Shown here: piece by piece, positions 20,177-30,178 of the stretch | Layout of the letters: each line of letters begins with the position of its first letter | How positions within the stretch are numbered: position 1 is the first letter of the stretch | From: Candidatus Bathyarchaeia archaeon | GTDB taxonomy: Archaea > Thermoproteota > Bathyarchaeia > Bathyarchaeales > Bathycorpusculaceae | Length of the DNA: 64,000 nt | Reading direction: 5' to 3' | Assembly (NCBI GenBank): GCA_038882655.1 | Contig: JAVZNT010000001.1 | Coordinates: forward strand, 64,001 to 128,000 | Notes under the pieces: generated by a model | The model's input: the letters and a program-made list of their open reading frames with translations, nothing else | Databases searched by the model: none | What the model was told of the DNA's origin: nothing | Translations under genes and position numbers: made by a program

Positions 20177-22855
20177 ATGAAGAACAAAATGAAAATTCTA
20201 GCCTTAATCTTGGTTGTAATCTTCAGTTTAGCAATCTTCCCGCTTAACAGTTTACTCCCAACCGTTAAAGCAACCTATGTTGAAGGAGAAATAACAATAG
20301 ATACTGTTTGGACTCTTGTCGACAGCCCGTTTATCCTTTCTGGAAATGTCACTGTTCGCGATGGTGTAACACTAACGATAGAGCCAGGAGTTGAAGTGAA
20401 ATTCGGAGGAAAATTCTCACTAATCATTAATGGTAGACTCATCGCAAAAGGGACAACCGAATTTGATGGATTAATAAAATTTACTTCAAACAAGGCGATG
20501 CCTGAACCTGGAGATTGGGGGACACTTTATTTTAATGGGACGAGTCAACCTCCCTCGCTGCTGGAAAACTCCATGATAGAGTATGGAGCGAATGGCACGA
20601 CAATAGCAGGTGGTGAACTAACACTTCGAAGCTGCGTTATACGCTTAAACTCTGAAAATGGAGTGATAGCGTTGAACGGTTCAGTAACTATTGGACGTGA
20701 CGTCTTAATATGTAACAACACCTTAAGCGGCATCCACATATCCGGAGGCAACGTAACAGTAGAGGCTGGCCGTATAGAGTTTAATGGAGATGGCATAACC
20801 TTAACAGGAAACCTAACAACATTCAATGTTGACATAACAGGAAACAACGTGAGTCTCAACGAAAAAAGTGGAATATCATTAGCAATGGAAGATTATAACC
20901 CAGGCGGCTTTATCGTTCAAAACAATACGGTTGTCTCAAACTACTACGGGTTCTATGTTCAAACAAACGTAAGCACTCTTATAACACGAAACTACATCAT
21001 CCAAAACGAGGTCGGAGTCTTTTATGCGCTAGGAAATAGACATGAAGCCCATTTCAACAACATTATTGGTAATATTCTTGGCATGGATGTTTCAGCAACA
21101 GCCGCTGTAAATGCAACACGCAACTACTGGGGACACCCGAGTGGTCCATACCATGAATGGTTAAACCCTATTGGAAAGGGTGACCCAGTAGGTGGTGATG
21201 GCGTTAATCTTGACTTCATATTTTTCCTAACAGCGCCAATAGATTATAGAAACAGTCCGCCAACGGCTGTTCTCTGGACAGATAAGATTACGGTTGCCCC
21301 AGGCCGAGAAGTGGCTTTCGTTGGCTTTGACTCTTTTGATGAGGGGCGTGTTGACCGGTACTTTTTCGATTTCGGAGACGGATATGACACCAACTGGACA
21401 ACATTGTCAATATTCTTCCATAACTATAACGCTGTTGGAAGCTACGTTGCTCGCCTATGGGTTATGGATGATTTTGGCGATGTTAGCATCCCGGCTTCCA
21501 CCACTATATATGTGGTGAATTTGTCATCTTTAAATGTGGAACTCGTTCCCAGCGGTAACGGAGTCCCATCTAACGGGGAAATTTCAATAACCGCGTACGT
21601 TTCGCTGGGTGGAAATCCAGTAGAGGGTGCGAATGTAACCTTCTTCTCTATTAAGGGTGGAAATTTTGCGCCACAATATGGTTTGACGAATTCCTCTGGC
21701 TATTTCACAACATCGTTCACGGCGCCAACGGTCGAAGAGATAACGGACGTTAGGGTTATAGCCAGGGCTTCGAAAAGCGGGTTTGTAGATGGCTCCGACC
21801 ACAAGTATTTAACTATTCTCCCACCCCTCAGCGTTGATGTGGAAGCCCAGCCATCTGAAGTTTTGTCGGAAGAAACTTCAACGATAAGCGTTTATGTTTC
21901 TTGGGTTGGTGAACCGGTTGATGGTGCCAATATCACTTTATTCTCAACTAACGGTGGAAGCTTCACAGAGTCTTCAAAGTTAACGAATTCCAGTGGCAAG
22001 GCTTTATTCACTTTTAATGCTCCCTTAACGTCTGAGGAACTTGTAACGGTGATTGTAGCGCATGCTTCGAAAGGAGGATTTGCCGATGGGGAGGCACAGA
22101 CAGTCGTAACGGTCATGCCAAGAATGTTTCAAATAATGGTTACAGCTGAGCGGAACACAACAGTTTCTGAGGAAATTTTGGCGGTAACCGTTCACGTTGA
22201 ATCTGATGGAACATTTGTCCAAGACGCTAACGTTATCTTGTCTGCCGATGCTGGAGCAATTTCACCTACATTTGCCCATACTGACAGTTATGGGAACGCC
22301 ATTTTCACTTTCACAACACCGCCGGTTTCGAAGGAAACAAGCATTACCATAAATGCGACTGTTTCAAAAGCGGGGTTTGCCACCGACACAAGTTCATTAG
22401 TGCTGACCGCAAAGCCTGGAATCTTAACAATAGTTATTGTTCCGAGAGCCTTCTCTGTGCCGTCAGAAACTACTGTTGAAATCGATGTTTATGTAACATG
22501 TGATGGCCGACCAGTGGCTGGTGCAAATGTTTCAGTTGCTCTTGGCGCGGGAACGCTGGTTTCGCAACCAGGTGTGACTGACGCGAATGGCTATTGCATG
22601 TTTTCCATTTTGGTGCCGAGGACTAGTGAAACGATGGATTTGATGGTTACTGTAAGTGCTGCGAAGTTTGGATATGTAGGCGCGCCTACTGGCGTCTCTT
22701 TGACTGTTGTCCCGGAAACTGGTGGGGGAATATCTTGGCTGACGATTCTGCTTGTGCTTATTCCAGCGTTGCTGGTGATTGTGATTGTCGTCTTGGTGAA
22801 GTTAGGGGTTGTTCAGGTTTCGTTTGGTGAGGAAGAGGAAGGTAGCGTTTCGTAA
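20177..22855 (+). CDS. Membrane-anchored surface adhesin-like protein: beta-helix + PKD + four Big-1-like Ig domains
   Basis: Signal peptide; LTIEPGVEVKF and NYWG beta-helix motifs; PKD YFFDFGDG...HNY...GSY; four roughly 100-aa repeats (VEGANVT/VDGANIT/VQDANVI/VAGANVS with TNSSG/TNSSG/TDSYG/TDANG); C-terminal TM. Confidence 0.8.
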   Translation: MKNKMKILALILVVIFSLAIFPLNSLLPTVKATYVEGEITIDTVWTLVDSPFILSGNVTVRDGVTLTIEPGVEVKFGGKFSLIINGRLIAKGTTEFDGLIKFTSNKAMPEPGDWGTLYFNGTSQPPSLLENSMIEYGANGTTIAGGELTLRSCVIRLNSENGVIALNGSVTIGRDVLICNNTLSGIHISGGNVTVEAGRIEFNGDGITLTGNLTTFNVDITGNNVSLNEKSGISLAMEDYNPGGFIVQNNTVVSNYYGFYVQTNVSTLITRNYIIQNEVGVFYALGNRHEAHFNNIIGNILGMDVSATAAVNATRNYWGHPSGPYHEWLNPIGKGDPVGGDGVNLDFIFFLTAPIDYRNSPPTAVLWTDKITVAPGREVAFVGFDSFDEGRVDRYFFDFGDGYDTNWTTLSIFFHNYNAVGSYVARLWVMDDFGDVSIPASTTIYVVNLSSLNVELVPSGNGVPSNGEISITAYVSLGGNPVEGANVTFFSIKGGNFAPQYGLTNSSGYFTTSFTAPTVEEITDVRVIARASKSGFVDGSDHKYLTILPPLSVDVEAQPSEVLSEETSTISVYVSWVGEPVDGANITLFSTNGGSFTESSKLTNSSGKALFTFNAPLTSEELVTVIVAHASKGGFADGEAQTVVTVMPRMFQIMVTAERNTTVSEEILAVTVHVESDGTFVQDANVILSADAGAISPTFAHTDSYGNAIFTFTTPPVSKETSITINATVSKAGFATDTSSLVLTAKPGILTIVIVPRAFSVPSETTVEIDVYVTCDGRPVAGANVSVALGAGTLVSQPGVTDANGYCMFSILVPRTSETMDLMVTVSAAKFGYVGAPTGVSLTVVPETGGGISWLTILLVLIPALLVIVIVVLVKLGVVQVSFGEEEEGSVS

Positions 22856-22915
22856 GACGTAATATTTAATAACTAAAAGTGTATAGATATATAACATAAG
22901 TACAGGAGAAGACAC

Positions 22916-24544
22916 ATGACCAAACTACACCTCAAAGAAAAACTCACAAAAATCAAGAAAATAAGGATAAAATTCAACATTGGAAAACCCAAAAAGGCGA
23001 CCATCCCACCACCACCGCCAAAATCCATTCCTAAAGGCTTCAAAGTTGTTGATCGTTATCCGCTCTATGAGCCCTTCGCTCACGTAGCTATAGTGCAAAA
23101 TCCAAAAACTGGCGAATATAAGTACATTTTAGACGAGTTGCAGCTTGACCCGTTGGAAAGGAGTGTTTACAACCGAATATTGGAAATACTCCTCGCTGAG
23201 ATCGAGTCACCTAAAGAGGAAATATTAGACCCTAGAAAATTCTTTGCAGAGGAAGCCAAAAAGATTGTTGACAAGTATCGCATAAGCTTGGGATGGCTTC
23301 CAGACGTTTCATGGTACAAGATTCTATACCATGCTGAAAGAGATCTTGTAGGGTTTGGAAGAATAGATCCGCTGATGCGTGATCCAAACATCGAAGATAT
23401 TTCATGTGACGGAGTGAAAAAGCCTGTTTACGTTTGGCATAGAAACTATGAAAGCATAGAAACAAACCTAGAATTTGAAAATGACGAAGAACTCGACAAC
23501 ATGGTTGTTAAGCTTGTACACATGGCTGGGAAACACGTAAGCTCAGCCTTTCCAATCGTAGACGCCTCGCTTCCGGGAAAGCATAGGCTTGCTGTCTGCT
23601 ATAGGCGTGAAATTACACCTTTCGGCACAGCCTTTACGATTAGGAAGTTTAGGGAAGACCCCTACTCAATAGTAGATCTCATAAACCTTGGCACTTTCTC
23701 TGAGGAGATGGCTGCTTACTTCTGGCTGTGTCTAGAAAACAGAGCATCAATAATGGTTTTGGGAGGAACGGCAGCCGGGAAAACAACAGCCCTAAACGCT
23801 TTAGCATGTTTAATCAGACCCGGGAGCAAAATAATTACTATAGAGGAGACGGCGGAGCTTAACCTTCCCCACGAAAACTGGGTTTCCCTTATAGCCAGGC
23901 AAAGCTATGGACTTGGAGGAAGCAGCGTCGGCGAGGTAACCCTCTTCGACCTCGTTAAGACATCTATGAGGCACCGCCCAGACGTGCTCATCGTTGGCGA
24001 GGTTAGAGGACAAGAAGCCTATGTGCTTTTCCAGGCGCTTGCCACTGGTCACGGCGGAATGTGCACGATGCACGCTGAAAACCTAGACTCTGCCATAAAA
24101 CGTTTAACCCAGAAGCCAATGGACATTGCACCAGCCTACATTCCATTAATGAACATTGTCTTGTCGGTTCAAAGGGTGCACCTGCAGAAGTCCGGTGAGA
24201 GAAAAGCCTACAGGCGTGTAATGAACGTGAATGAGATAGCTGACTATGAGGATTATAGGTGCACATTCAAATGGCACCCGGTGAAAGATGAGCACCTACA
24301 ATCGATGAACAAAAGCATAATGCTGGCTGGAATTTCAGAACGCCTAGGCGTAAGCAAGAAGGACTTGCTAGAGGAAATTGATAGGCGAAAGCAGATTTTG
24401 CATTGGATGCGGGAACGCAACATAAGAAGCTACAGAGACGTAGCTGCAATAATCGCTGAATATTATGCACGTCCAAAACAGTTCTATGAAAAAGTTCTCG
24501 CCGGGGAGGAGGTGAAAGCTGTTGCCGTTTCTAGAAACCCTTGA
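22916..24544 (+). CDS. Type IV pilus/archaellum-type secretion ATPase (ArlI/TadA/VirB11 family)
   Basis: Walker A GGTAAGKTT, Asp box IEETAEL, RHRPDVLIVGEVRG, TGH...TMHA. Confidence 0.95.
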   Translation: MTKLHLKEKLTKIKKIRIKFNIGKPKKATIPPPPPKSIPKGFKVVDRYPLYEPFAHVAIVQNPKTGEYKYILDELQLDPLERSVYNRILEILLAEIESPKEEILDPRKFFAEEAKKIVDKYRISLGWLPDVSWYKILYHAERDLVGFGRIDPLMRDPNIEDISCDGVKKPVYVWHRNYESIETNLEFENDEELDNMVVKLVHMAGKHVSSAFPIVDASLPGKHRLAVCYRREITPFGTAFTIRKFREDPYSIVDLINLGTFSEEMAAYFWLCLENRASIMVLGGTAAGKTTALNALACLIRPGSKIITIEETAELNLPHENWVSLIARQSYGLGGSSVGEVTLFDLVKTSMRHRPDVLIVGEVRGQEAYVLFQALATGHGGMCTMHAENLDSAIKRLTQKPMDIAPAYIPLMNIVLSVQRVHLQKSGERKAYRRVMNVNEIADYEDYRCTFKWHPVKDEHLQSMNKSIMLAGISERLGVSKKDLLEEIDRRKQILHWMRERNIRSYRDVAAIIAEYYARPKQFYEKVLAGEEVKAVAVSRNP

Positions 24545-26225
24545 AGCATGGTCCTTCCGCATCTTCGGGCGAATAGCGCCATTCTTCCTAAAACATGTTG
24601 TTGAGTTTAAAGACTATTTGGAAAGGGCGAAAATCAAAATTTACCCCGAGACATACGTTTCGCTGATGCTTTTCATATCGGTCTTAACAATTCCAGTAAC
24701 CATAATCTCTGTAATCCTGTTGTACTTCTTCGGTTTTCTTCCAGCCATATTCCTTGTTCCTTTTCCAATTTACGTGATGATAGGTTTCTTCCTAATACCA
24801 TTGTCAAAGGCTGGTGAAAGAGCTTCAAATCTTGAAAGAGAGATGCCCTTCGTAGCCGCATACATCAGCGTAATGGCTTCTGGTGGTATAGCTCCCTACA
24901 CGAGTTTTAAGCGTTTAGCCGAAGTTGAACTAATGCCAGCCATGCGAAGCGAAGCCAGAGAAATAATAAAGGATGTGGAAATCTTCGGAATAGACCCCTT
25001 AACGGCAATAGAAAGCGCAGCTAAAAGAAATCCCCTAGACATTTTCAAAGACTTTTTGGCTGGTTATGCCTCAACAGTCATAATAGGCGGGGACATCGGG
25101 CACTTTCTTGAGAGAAAGGCTGAAGACATTTTCAAAACAAGGGCTATGCGGGTGAAGGCTGCAGCTGAAAGGCTTGGTATGCTCCTAGAAACCTTCATAA
25201 TTGTCATGGTTCTGATGTCCATGTGCTTTTTTATTCTATTTGCTGTGGAAAGCATGCCTAATGTTGGCGGTGGGGGAGGAGTTTCCATGCAGTCTGGCAT
25301 AATACTTTATACCTACATATTCACGCCTATGCTTTCGCTTGTCTTCATTTATTTAGCGCACAGTATGCAGCCTAAAACACCAGTTGTGGATATGCGCCCC
25401 TACAAGGTTTTCGGAGTATTCAGCATAATCGGCATAACGCTGTTACTATTGTTAACGAACTTCTTCGGACTCATCGAAGTTCCTTTCTTCGGTCAGCTTC
25501 AAACAGTTATAGACTTGCCAGTAGCCATAGCAATAGCCTTGTTCGTTGCGACAGCTCCTGCTGCCATAGTGTACCATAAGGTCAGCAGTTATAGGACGAG
25601 TATGGAGCAGGGAATAAACAGCTTTTTAAGAGATTTGACAGAAGTTAGGAAAACTGGTTTATCGCCAGAAAAATGCATAGAAAGTTTGTCCAACCGTGAT
25701 TATGGCGTTTTCAGCAAGGAACTGCGCAAAATAAGCTCTGAAATTTCGTGGGGTGTTCCTGTTAGGAAAGTGATTATGGACTTTGTTAAGCGTACGAAAA
25801 GCTGGTTGGCTCAGCTTGTTATGTTCCTACTTGTTGAAACGATAGATGTGGGTGGCGGAACCATAGCCATGGTTGAATCTCTGGCAAGGTTCAACAACCT
25901 AACACAGGAGGTTGAGAAGGAAAAGAAGATGGCTACACGCCCATATGTGATGATGCCTTACTTCGCTGCAATTCTTTTGGTGGCGACAACAATTATGATG
26001 CTAGACTTCGCTGGCGCCACTAGAGAAGTTGCTGGGGGTAGTCCAGCGGCAGACATGACGGGCATAAAAACAATTTTCACCACGTCGGTGATTTTCCACA
26101 GCTATTTGATAGGCGTTGTAGCTGGCAAAATAAGCGAGGAGTCCGTGGCTGCCGGCTTTAAGCACGCTGCAATACTGGTAATAATTGCTGTTTTAGCCGC
26201 GAAACTCGTGCCCATGTTCCTATAA
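24522..26225 (+). CDS. Type IV pilus platform protein (ArlJ/TadC, T2SS-F family)
   Basis: Two T2SSF-like domains (LEREMPF...; SFLRDLTE...GG); multiple TMs; overlaps the ATPase stop. Confidence 0.92.
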   Translation: MPFLETLEAWSFRIFGRIAPFFLKHVVEFKDYLERAKIKIYPETYVSLMLFISVLTIPVTIISVILLYFFGFLPAIFLVPFPIYVMIGFFLIPLSKAGERASNLEREMPFVAAYISVMASGGIAPYTSFKRLAEVELMPAMRSEAREIIKDVEIFGIDPLTAIESAAKRNPLDIFKDFLAGYASTVIIGGDIGHFLERKAEDIFKTRAMRVKAAAERLGMLLETFIIVMVLMSMCFFILFAVESMPNVGGGGGVSMQSGIILYTYIFTPMLSLVFIYLAHSMQPKTPVVDMRPYKVFGVFSIIGITLLLLLTNFFGLIEVPFFGQLQTVIDLPVAIAIALFVATAPAAIVYHKVSSYRTSMEQGINSFLRDLTEVRKTGLSPEKCIESLSNRDYGVFSKELRKISSEISWGVPVRKVIMDFVKRTKSWLAQLVMFLLVETIDVGGGTIAMVESLARFNNLTQEVEKEKKMATRPYVMMPYFAAILLVATTIMMLDFAGATREVAGGSPAADMTGIKTIFTTSVIFHSYLIGVVAGKISEESVAAGFKHAAILVIIAVLAAKLVPMFL

Positions 26226-26244
26226 CCCAAAAGAGGGAGAAGAA

Positions 26245-27102
26245 TTGAAGTTTAAGCTTCCAAAAAACGCCGGACTGAAAGACAATAGAAAAGCTGTTAG
26301 TCCGGCAATTTCGTCTGTGATTCTTACGGGGGCAGTGGTGGTGCTTGTAATTGTGGCGATGAACTTCGCCATAACTCTTCGTGATTCAAAAATCGCGGAA
26401 AACGAGTTCGCCTCTGTCAAGCAGTTTATGCAGACGGCCGCTGTCCAAATAGATGATATAGCGTGGGTTCCGTGGCGGGCTCAAACTTTTCGCTATTCGA
26501 GAAGCTATGGGAGCATGAGTTTTATTCCTAACATGCTTAATTTCACAATCTATTTCAGGAACGCTTCTGGCGAGTATCGCCTCGGTTCTTATGTTTCCGG
26601 GGTTCTCGCGTTTAACATGCCCATTTCAAGATATAATGTACATGACAACTATTTCGAGTTGATATATCCATCTGATAATTCATTGGCTGATTGTTTCATA
26701 TTTAGTGGAGCTAATGCGCCAGTTACAAGAGTTTATGCCATCGAAAGGTTGTCAACGGGCTCGTTTGTGAGGCTGATTTTAAACCCGTGTGTGAGGATTG
26801 TTGAGGCAGATTTTTCTGGTAAAAAGCAGTATAAGCTTTATCTTCCAATCTTGTATGAATCCAGTTCTAGAGGAAACAATCCAACGGTGACACTCACTTC
26901 TAAGCAAATCTTTTCAGATGTAAGAGATGCGACGAAAATAAGGGTTGTTGTAACCACAACTCCAGCCTATGGCGCCAGCTTCTTTGTGAAGTCACCACAC
27001 GGTCCTAATACAATCATTGATAAGGAAATTGATTTGGGCGGCGTTTCAACCGTCGTTTTTTACTTGAGTAAGGTGGAGGTCGCAGTTGGTGTTAATCCAT
27101 AA
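26245..27102 (+). CDS. Minor pilin-like protein with class III signal peptide
   Basis: NRKA|VSPAISSVILTGAVVVLVIV. Confidence 0.75.
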   Translation: MKFKLPKNAGLKDNRKAVSPAISSVILTGAVVVLVIVAMNFAITLRDSKIAENEFASVKQFMQTAAVQIDDIAWVPWRAQTFRYSRSYGSMSFIPNMLNFTIYFRNASGEYRLGSYVSGVLAFNMPISRYNVHDNYFELIYPSDNSLADCFIFSGANAPVTRVYAIERLSTGSFVRLILNPCVRIVEADFSGKKQYKLYLPILYESSSRGNNPTVTLTSKQIFSDVRDATKIRVVVTTTPAYGASFFVKSPHGPNTIIDKEIDLGGVSTVVFYLSKVEVAVGVNP

Positions 27103-27116
27103 GAGGGTGATGGAAC

Positions 27117-27596
27117 ATGCCACATGTGGCAATTGAATATGTGATTATGGTTCCGATATTGATAGCACAGATATTTCTCTTCCCGTTGGCAGCAAGTGCC
27201 CTCACAAACATTTATGTTGAGTCTAGGAGGAGGCTGACGGCGGAGGCAGCTGCCAGCCGCTTGGCAAGCTCAATACAGCAGCTTTACTTCTCCCTTAACC
27301 ATGAGTCGACTCCGTCTGGCACGGTGACTTTTGATCCTGGATTGCCCAAATACATTGATGGTTACTATTATGTTGCGAGGGGGGAGTTAACGTCCATAAG
27401 GGAGGGTGGAGCGGCTAAGCTGAATATTAGTTTAGCTGTTGCTGGGTTAAACATCAGAGTATCAGCCTATGCTACTCTTGGACCTAATGTGAGCTGGGAC
27501 TCAAATTCTGTTTTTGTCAGCAACTCCACAAGGGCTTTTATTGAAGTGACTAAGGATTCAAACGGCGCCTTTTATTTCCGTTTTGGAGGTGGCTAA
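27117..27596 (+). CDS. Pilus-associated (minor pilin-like) protein
   Basis: N-terminal AIEY followed by a hydrophobic helix; SD GAGGGTGA; in the T4P operon. Confidence 0.65.
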   Translation: MPHVAIEYVIMVPILIAQIFLFPLAASALTNIYVESRRRLTAEAAASRLASSIQQLYFSLNHESTPSGTVTFDPGLPKYIDGYYYVARGELTSIREGGAAKLNISLAVAGLNIRVSAYATLGPNVSWDSNSVFVSNSTRAFIEVTKDSNGAFYFRFGGG

Positions 27597-28826
27597 ATGG
27601 TTAGCGCAACAATTGACCATCTGGCTGCAACAACTGTTCTCATAGTGGCTTTTACCCTCTTCATGGGCTTATTTGCGCAAGTGATGCATGACGCCCTCCT
27701 CTACCAGTTTCACATGCATCTCGCAACTAAGTGTAGCGACATCCTTGACAATATGTTGCTTAGCTTTGGGGATGTGCCCGGCGCGTTTGGGCTGGGCGAT
27801 TATAATCTCGAGCCCTACACCCTAGACCCCTATCTAGTAATGAGGTTATTGTCTGCGTCAGGTCCTCTTGTAGAGTATCCACCTGGCTCTGGGATAAAAT
27901 ATAGCAACATATCTTTTGGCGCTGGTGACTACTTGCTGGTTCCTGTAAGCGAGTGTATTGATTATGAGACTGCTCAAGAGCTGCTTGGTTTGAAGGGGCT
28001 GTATGGTTTTAGGTTGTCGTTAACCCCAATAATCCGGATAAGCTTCGCTAACGTCCAAACTGGTAGCGGCGGGAAATCTATAAGTTTCACAGTTTTCGTG
28101 GAAGGATCTGGTTCACCTATTGGAAATGCGAATGTAACGTGTAGACTTCTCTATGTAAGCGGAGTTGATGAGGATGGCCACCCCATAATTGGTCTGAGGA
28201 GCACGTCAAGTACTACGGACTTGAATGGCAAAGCTCAAATCATCTTCAGCAATGTTGATGTCTCTAAGAACTATGTGATTGTTGCAAGCGTGAGGGTTGG
28301 AAACTTCTATGGCGTTGGCTACATATATAAGCAGGCTTTAACGTCGGCTGGAAACGTCATTCCCTTCATTGAGAATATGGAAACTGGTATGATAATACTT
28401 GCCCACTCCTTTGACGTAAAACAATATAATAATACTGGCGCCATATTTTATAATGCGACCTACTTCGCTATAGATAATAACTGGAACTTGGTAAATGTTC
28501 CATTGCTTGGAAATTATAGCGGTCTCTTGAATTATGGTTCTGGTACACGTGGAAAAACCTTCAACCGAACGCAAATTCCAGAGGAATATCTCGGTCTGCC
28601 TGGGGTTCTCGTTGTGGTTTGCCGTAAGGGCAACGAGTATGGCGTTACTGTTATGCCTTGGCAGGTTCAATCCCTAAGCTTCAGTGTGGAGTTTGGCGGT
28701 AACCCTTATGGTTGGGAGTGGGTTGCCACTGATGTCAGGCATGTTTTAATTGGCGGCGTCCCATACGCGGGGAAGCTTGCCCTATGGAGTTTAACGGGCT
28801 ATCAAGTGGTCACGTATAGGTGGTGA
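27597..28826 (+). CDS. Pilus-associated (minor pilin-like) protein
   Basis: N-terminal TIDH followed by a hydrophobic helix; internal Ig-like PIGNANVT...TDLNGKA; abuts the upstream stop. Confidence 0.65.
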   Translation: MVSATIDHLAATTVLIVAFTLFMGLFAQVMHDALLYQFHMHLATKCSDILDNMLLSFGDVPGAFGLGDYNLEPYTLDPYLVMRLLSASGPLVEYPPGSGIKYSNISFGAGDYLLVPVSECIDYETAQELLGLKGLYGFRLSLTPIIRISFANVQTGSGGKSISFTVFVEGSGSPIGNANVTCRLLYVSGVDEDGHPIIGLRSTSSTTDLNGKAQIIFSNVDVSKNYVIVASVRVGNFYGVGYIYKQALTSAGNVIPFIENMETGMIILAHSFDVKQYNNTGAIFYNATYFAIDNNWNLVNVPLLGNYSGLLNYGSGTRGKTFNRTQIPEEYLGLPGVLVVVCRKGNEYGVTVMPWQVQSLSFSVEFGGNPYGWEWVATDVRHVLIGGVPYAGKLALWSLTGYQVVTYRW

Positions 28827-28833
28827 ATAAGCC

Positions 28834-30177
28834 TTGATGAGGACTATTGAATCCATAATCGTCATTATAATAATGTTGTCAGCCTTTTTCATAGCCTCCT
28901 ACCTCATAGTTCTCCCATCGTCTAGGGCTGTTTCGCCGCTTAATCTAAGGGCATTAGCTCTCACAGTTGTCAAAAACCTTGACACTGGTGGATATTTAAG
29001 CGAGGTTGCCTTCTCCAACGACGACAGCAAGTGGAATGAGCTTCAAACAGTTCTTTCAGCAAGCCTCCCACCCCACATAGCCTATAACCTGACGGTTTAT
29101 GAGATTACCGAGAGTGGAGTTTATGTTCCTATTAAAACCATTTCCAATGCTATTGGGAATGTTGCTTTCACAGAATCCGTATCTTACATGGTTAGTTCTC
29201 CAGACGTCACCTACAAGACCGTTGCCCAGAAAATCTCCGAAGGCGGCAAAAACCTAACATTGTACATATTGAATTGTGCTGACGCCAACGGATGGTGGAT
29301 CACTGGCTATACGGCGCAAATGCTAGCCCAAGATATCTACAGTCTTCTTAGACCATATTTTGAAACAATAATCCTTGTAAATAGCACAGTCCAACTGCTT
29401 AGTCTGCTAGATGGGATAAAGCTAACAACAAGCCCAGCAGAAAGTGTCACAGACGCAATAATAATAAACGCCTTCGGTGAGGTTGTGCCAATCCCCATAG
29501 AGTATACCCAAGGTTACTCCAGACAAAGCGATGGTTACTCCTCAAGCGGGGGTTATGCACGCTACTGCTACACATTGGGCAGAAAAGTTAGACAATACAA
29601 CTGGAAATGGATCAGTATAGTTGGATACCCATTCTTTTACGTGACAAACACTGTGAGATTTAGTAATTTACAGAATAACTATGGGATATACGGAATAGTT
29701 AGCGTTGGAGCGCCGGGTTTAAACGCCTTTCTGCGCGGGTTAAACAACGAGAACTATGCCTCTGACTCAACATGGATAACCACAGATATAACAGCAAGTT
29801 ACGGCGTCCGCGTCCAATTCACATCAGAAGCCTACTACCGCACTAACTATTATGGGATTTACCCTGCATCCGAACAAAGCGCAAGCAGAGCGCTTCCAGG
29901 CCCAGGAGCGCAAAACGATATTACCAGCCGATACAATTTAGCAGTGATGGCACCAGTTTTCAATCCGGTTTATGGGTATTATGCTGCTGCAACTTTTAGG
30001 CATAATAGTGGAAACGGCGCCCTAATCGCCATCGGCCTAACACGAACACCGGACATTAGAATAACCGCCCTGGCCCTACTAATCTACTACAAACCAAACA
30101 TTTTCAAAGAGACTTTTACGGCTCCGGGAAAGTCTAGGCTTATAATCTTACAGCTGGCGGCTTTAGGAGGCGTATAA
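28834..30177 (+). CDS. Pilus-associated (minor pilin-like) protein
   Basis: N-terminal RTIESIIVIIIML; SLPPHIAYNLTVY; in the T4P operon. Confidence 0.65.
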   Translation: MMRTIESIIVIIIMLSAFFIASYLIVLPSSRAVSPLNLRALALTVVKNLDTGGYLSEVAFSNDDSKWNELQTVLSASLPPHIAYNLTVYEITESGVYVPIKTISNAIGNVAFTESVSYMVSSPDVTYKTVAQKISEGGKNLTLYILNCADANGWWITGYTAQMLAQDIYSLLRPYFETIILVNSTVQLLSLLDGIKLTTSPAESVTDAIIINAFGEVVPIPIEYTQGYSRQSDGYSSSGGYARYCYTLGRKVRQYNWKWISIVGYPFFYVTNTVRFSNLQNNYGIYGIVSVGAPGLNAFLRGLNNENYASDSTWITTDITASYGVRVQFTSEAYYRTNYYGIYPASEQSASRALPGPGAQNDITSRYNLAVMAPVFNPVYGYYAAATFRHNSGNGALIAIGLTRTPDIRITALALLIYYKPNIFKETFTAPGKSRLIILQLAALGGV

Positions 30178-30178
30178 A

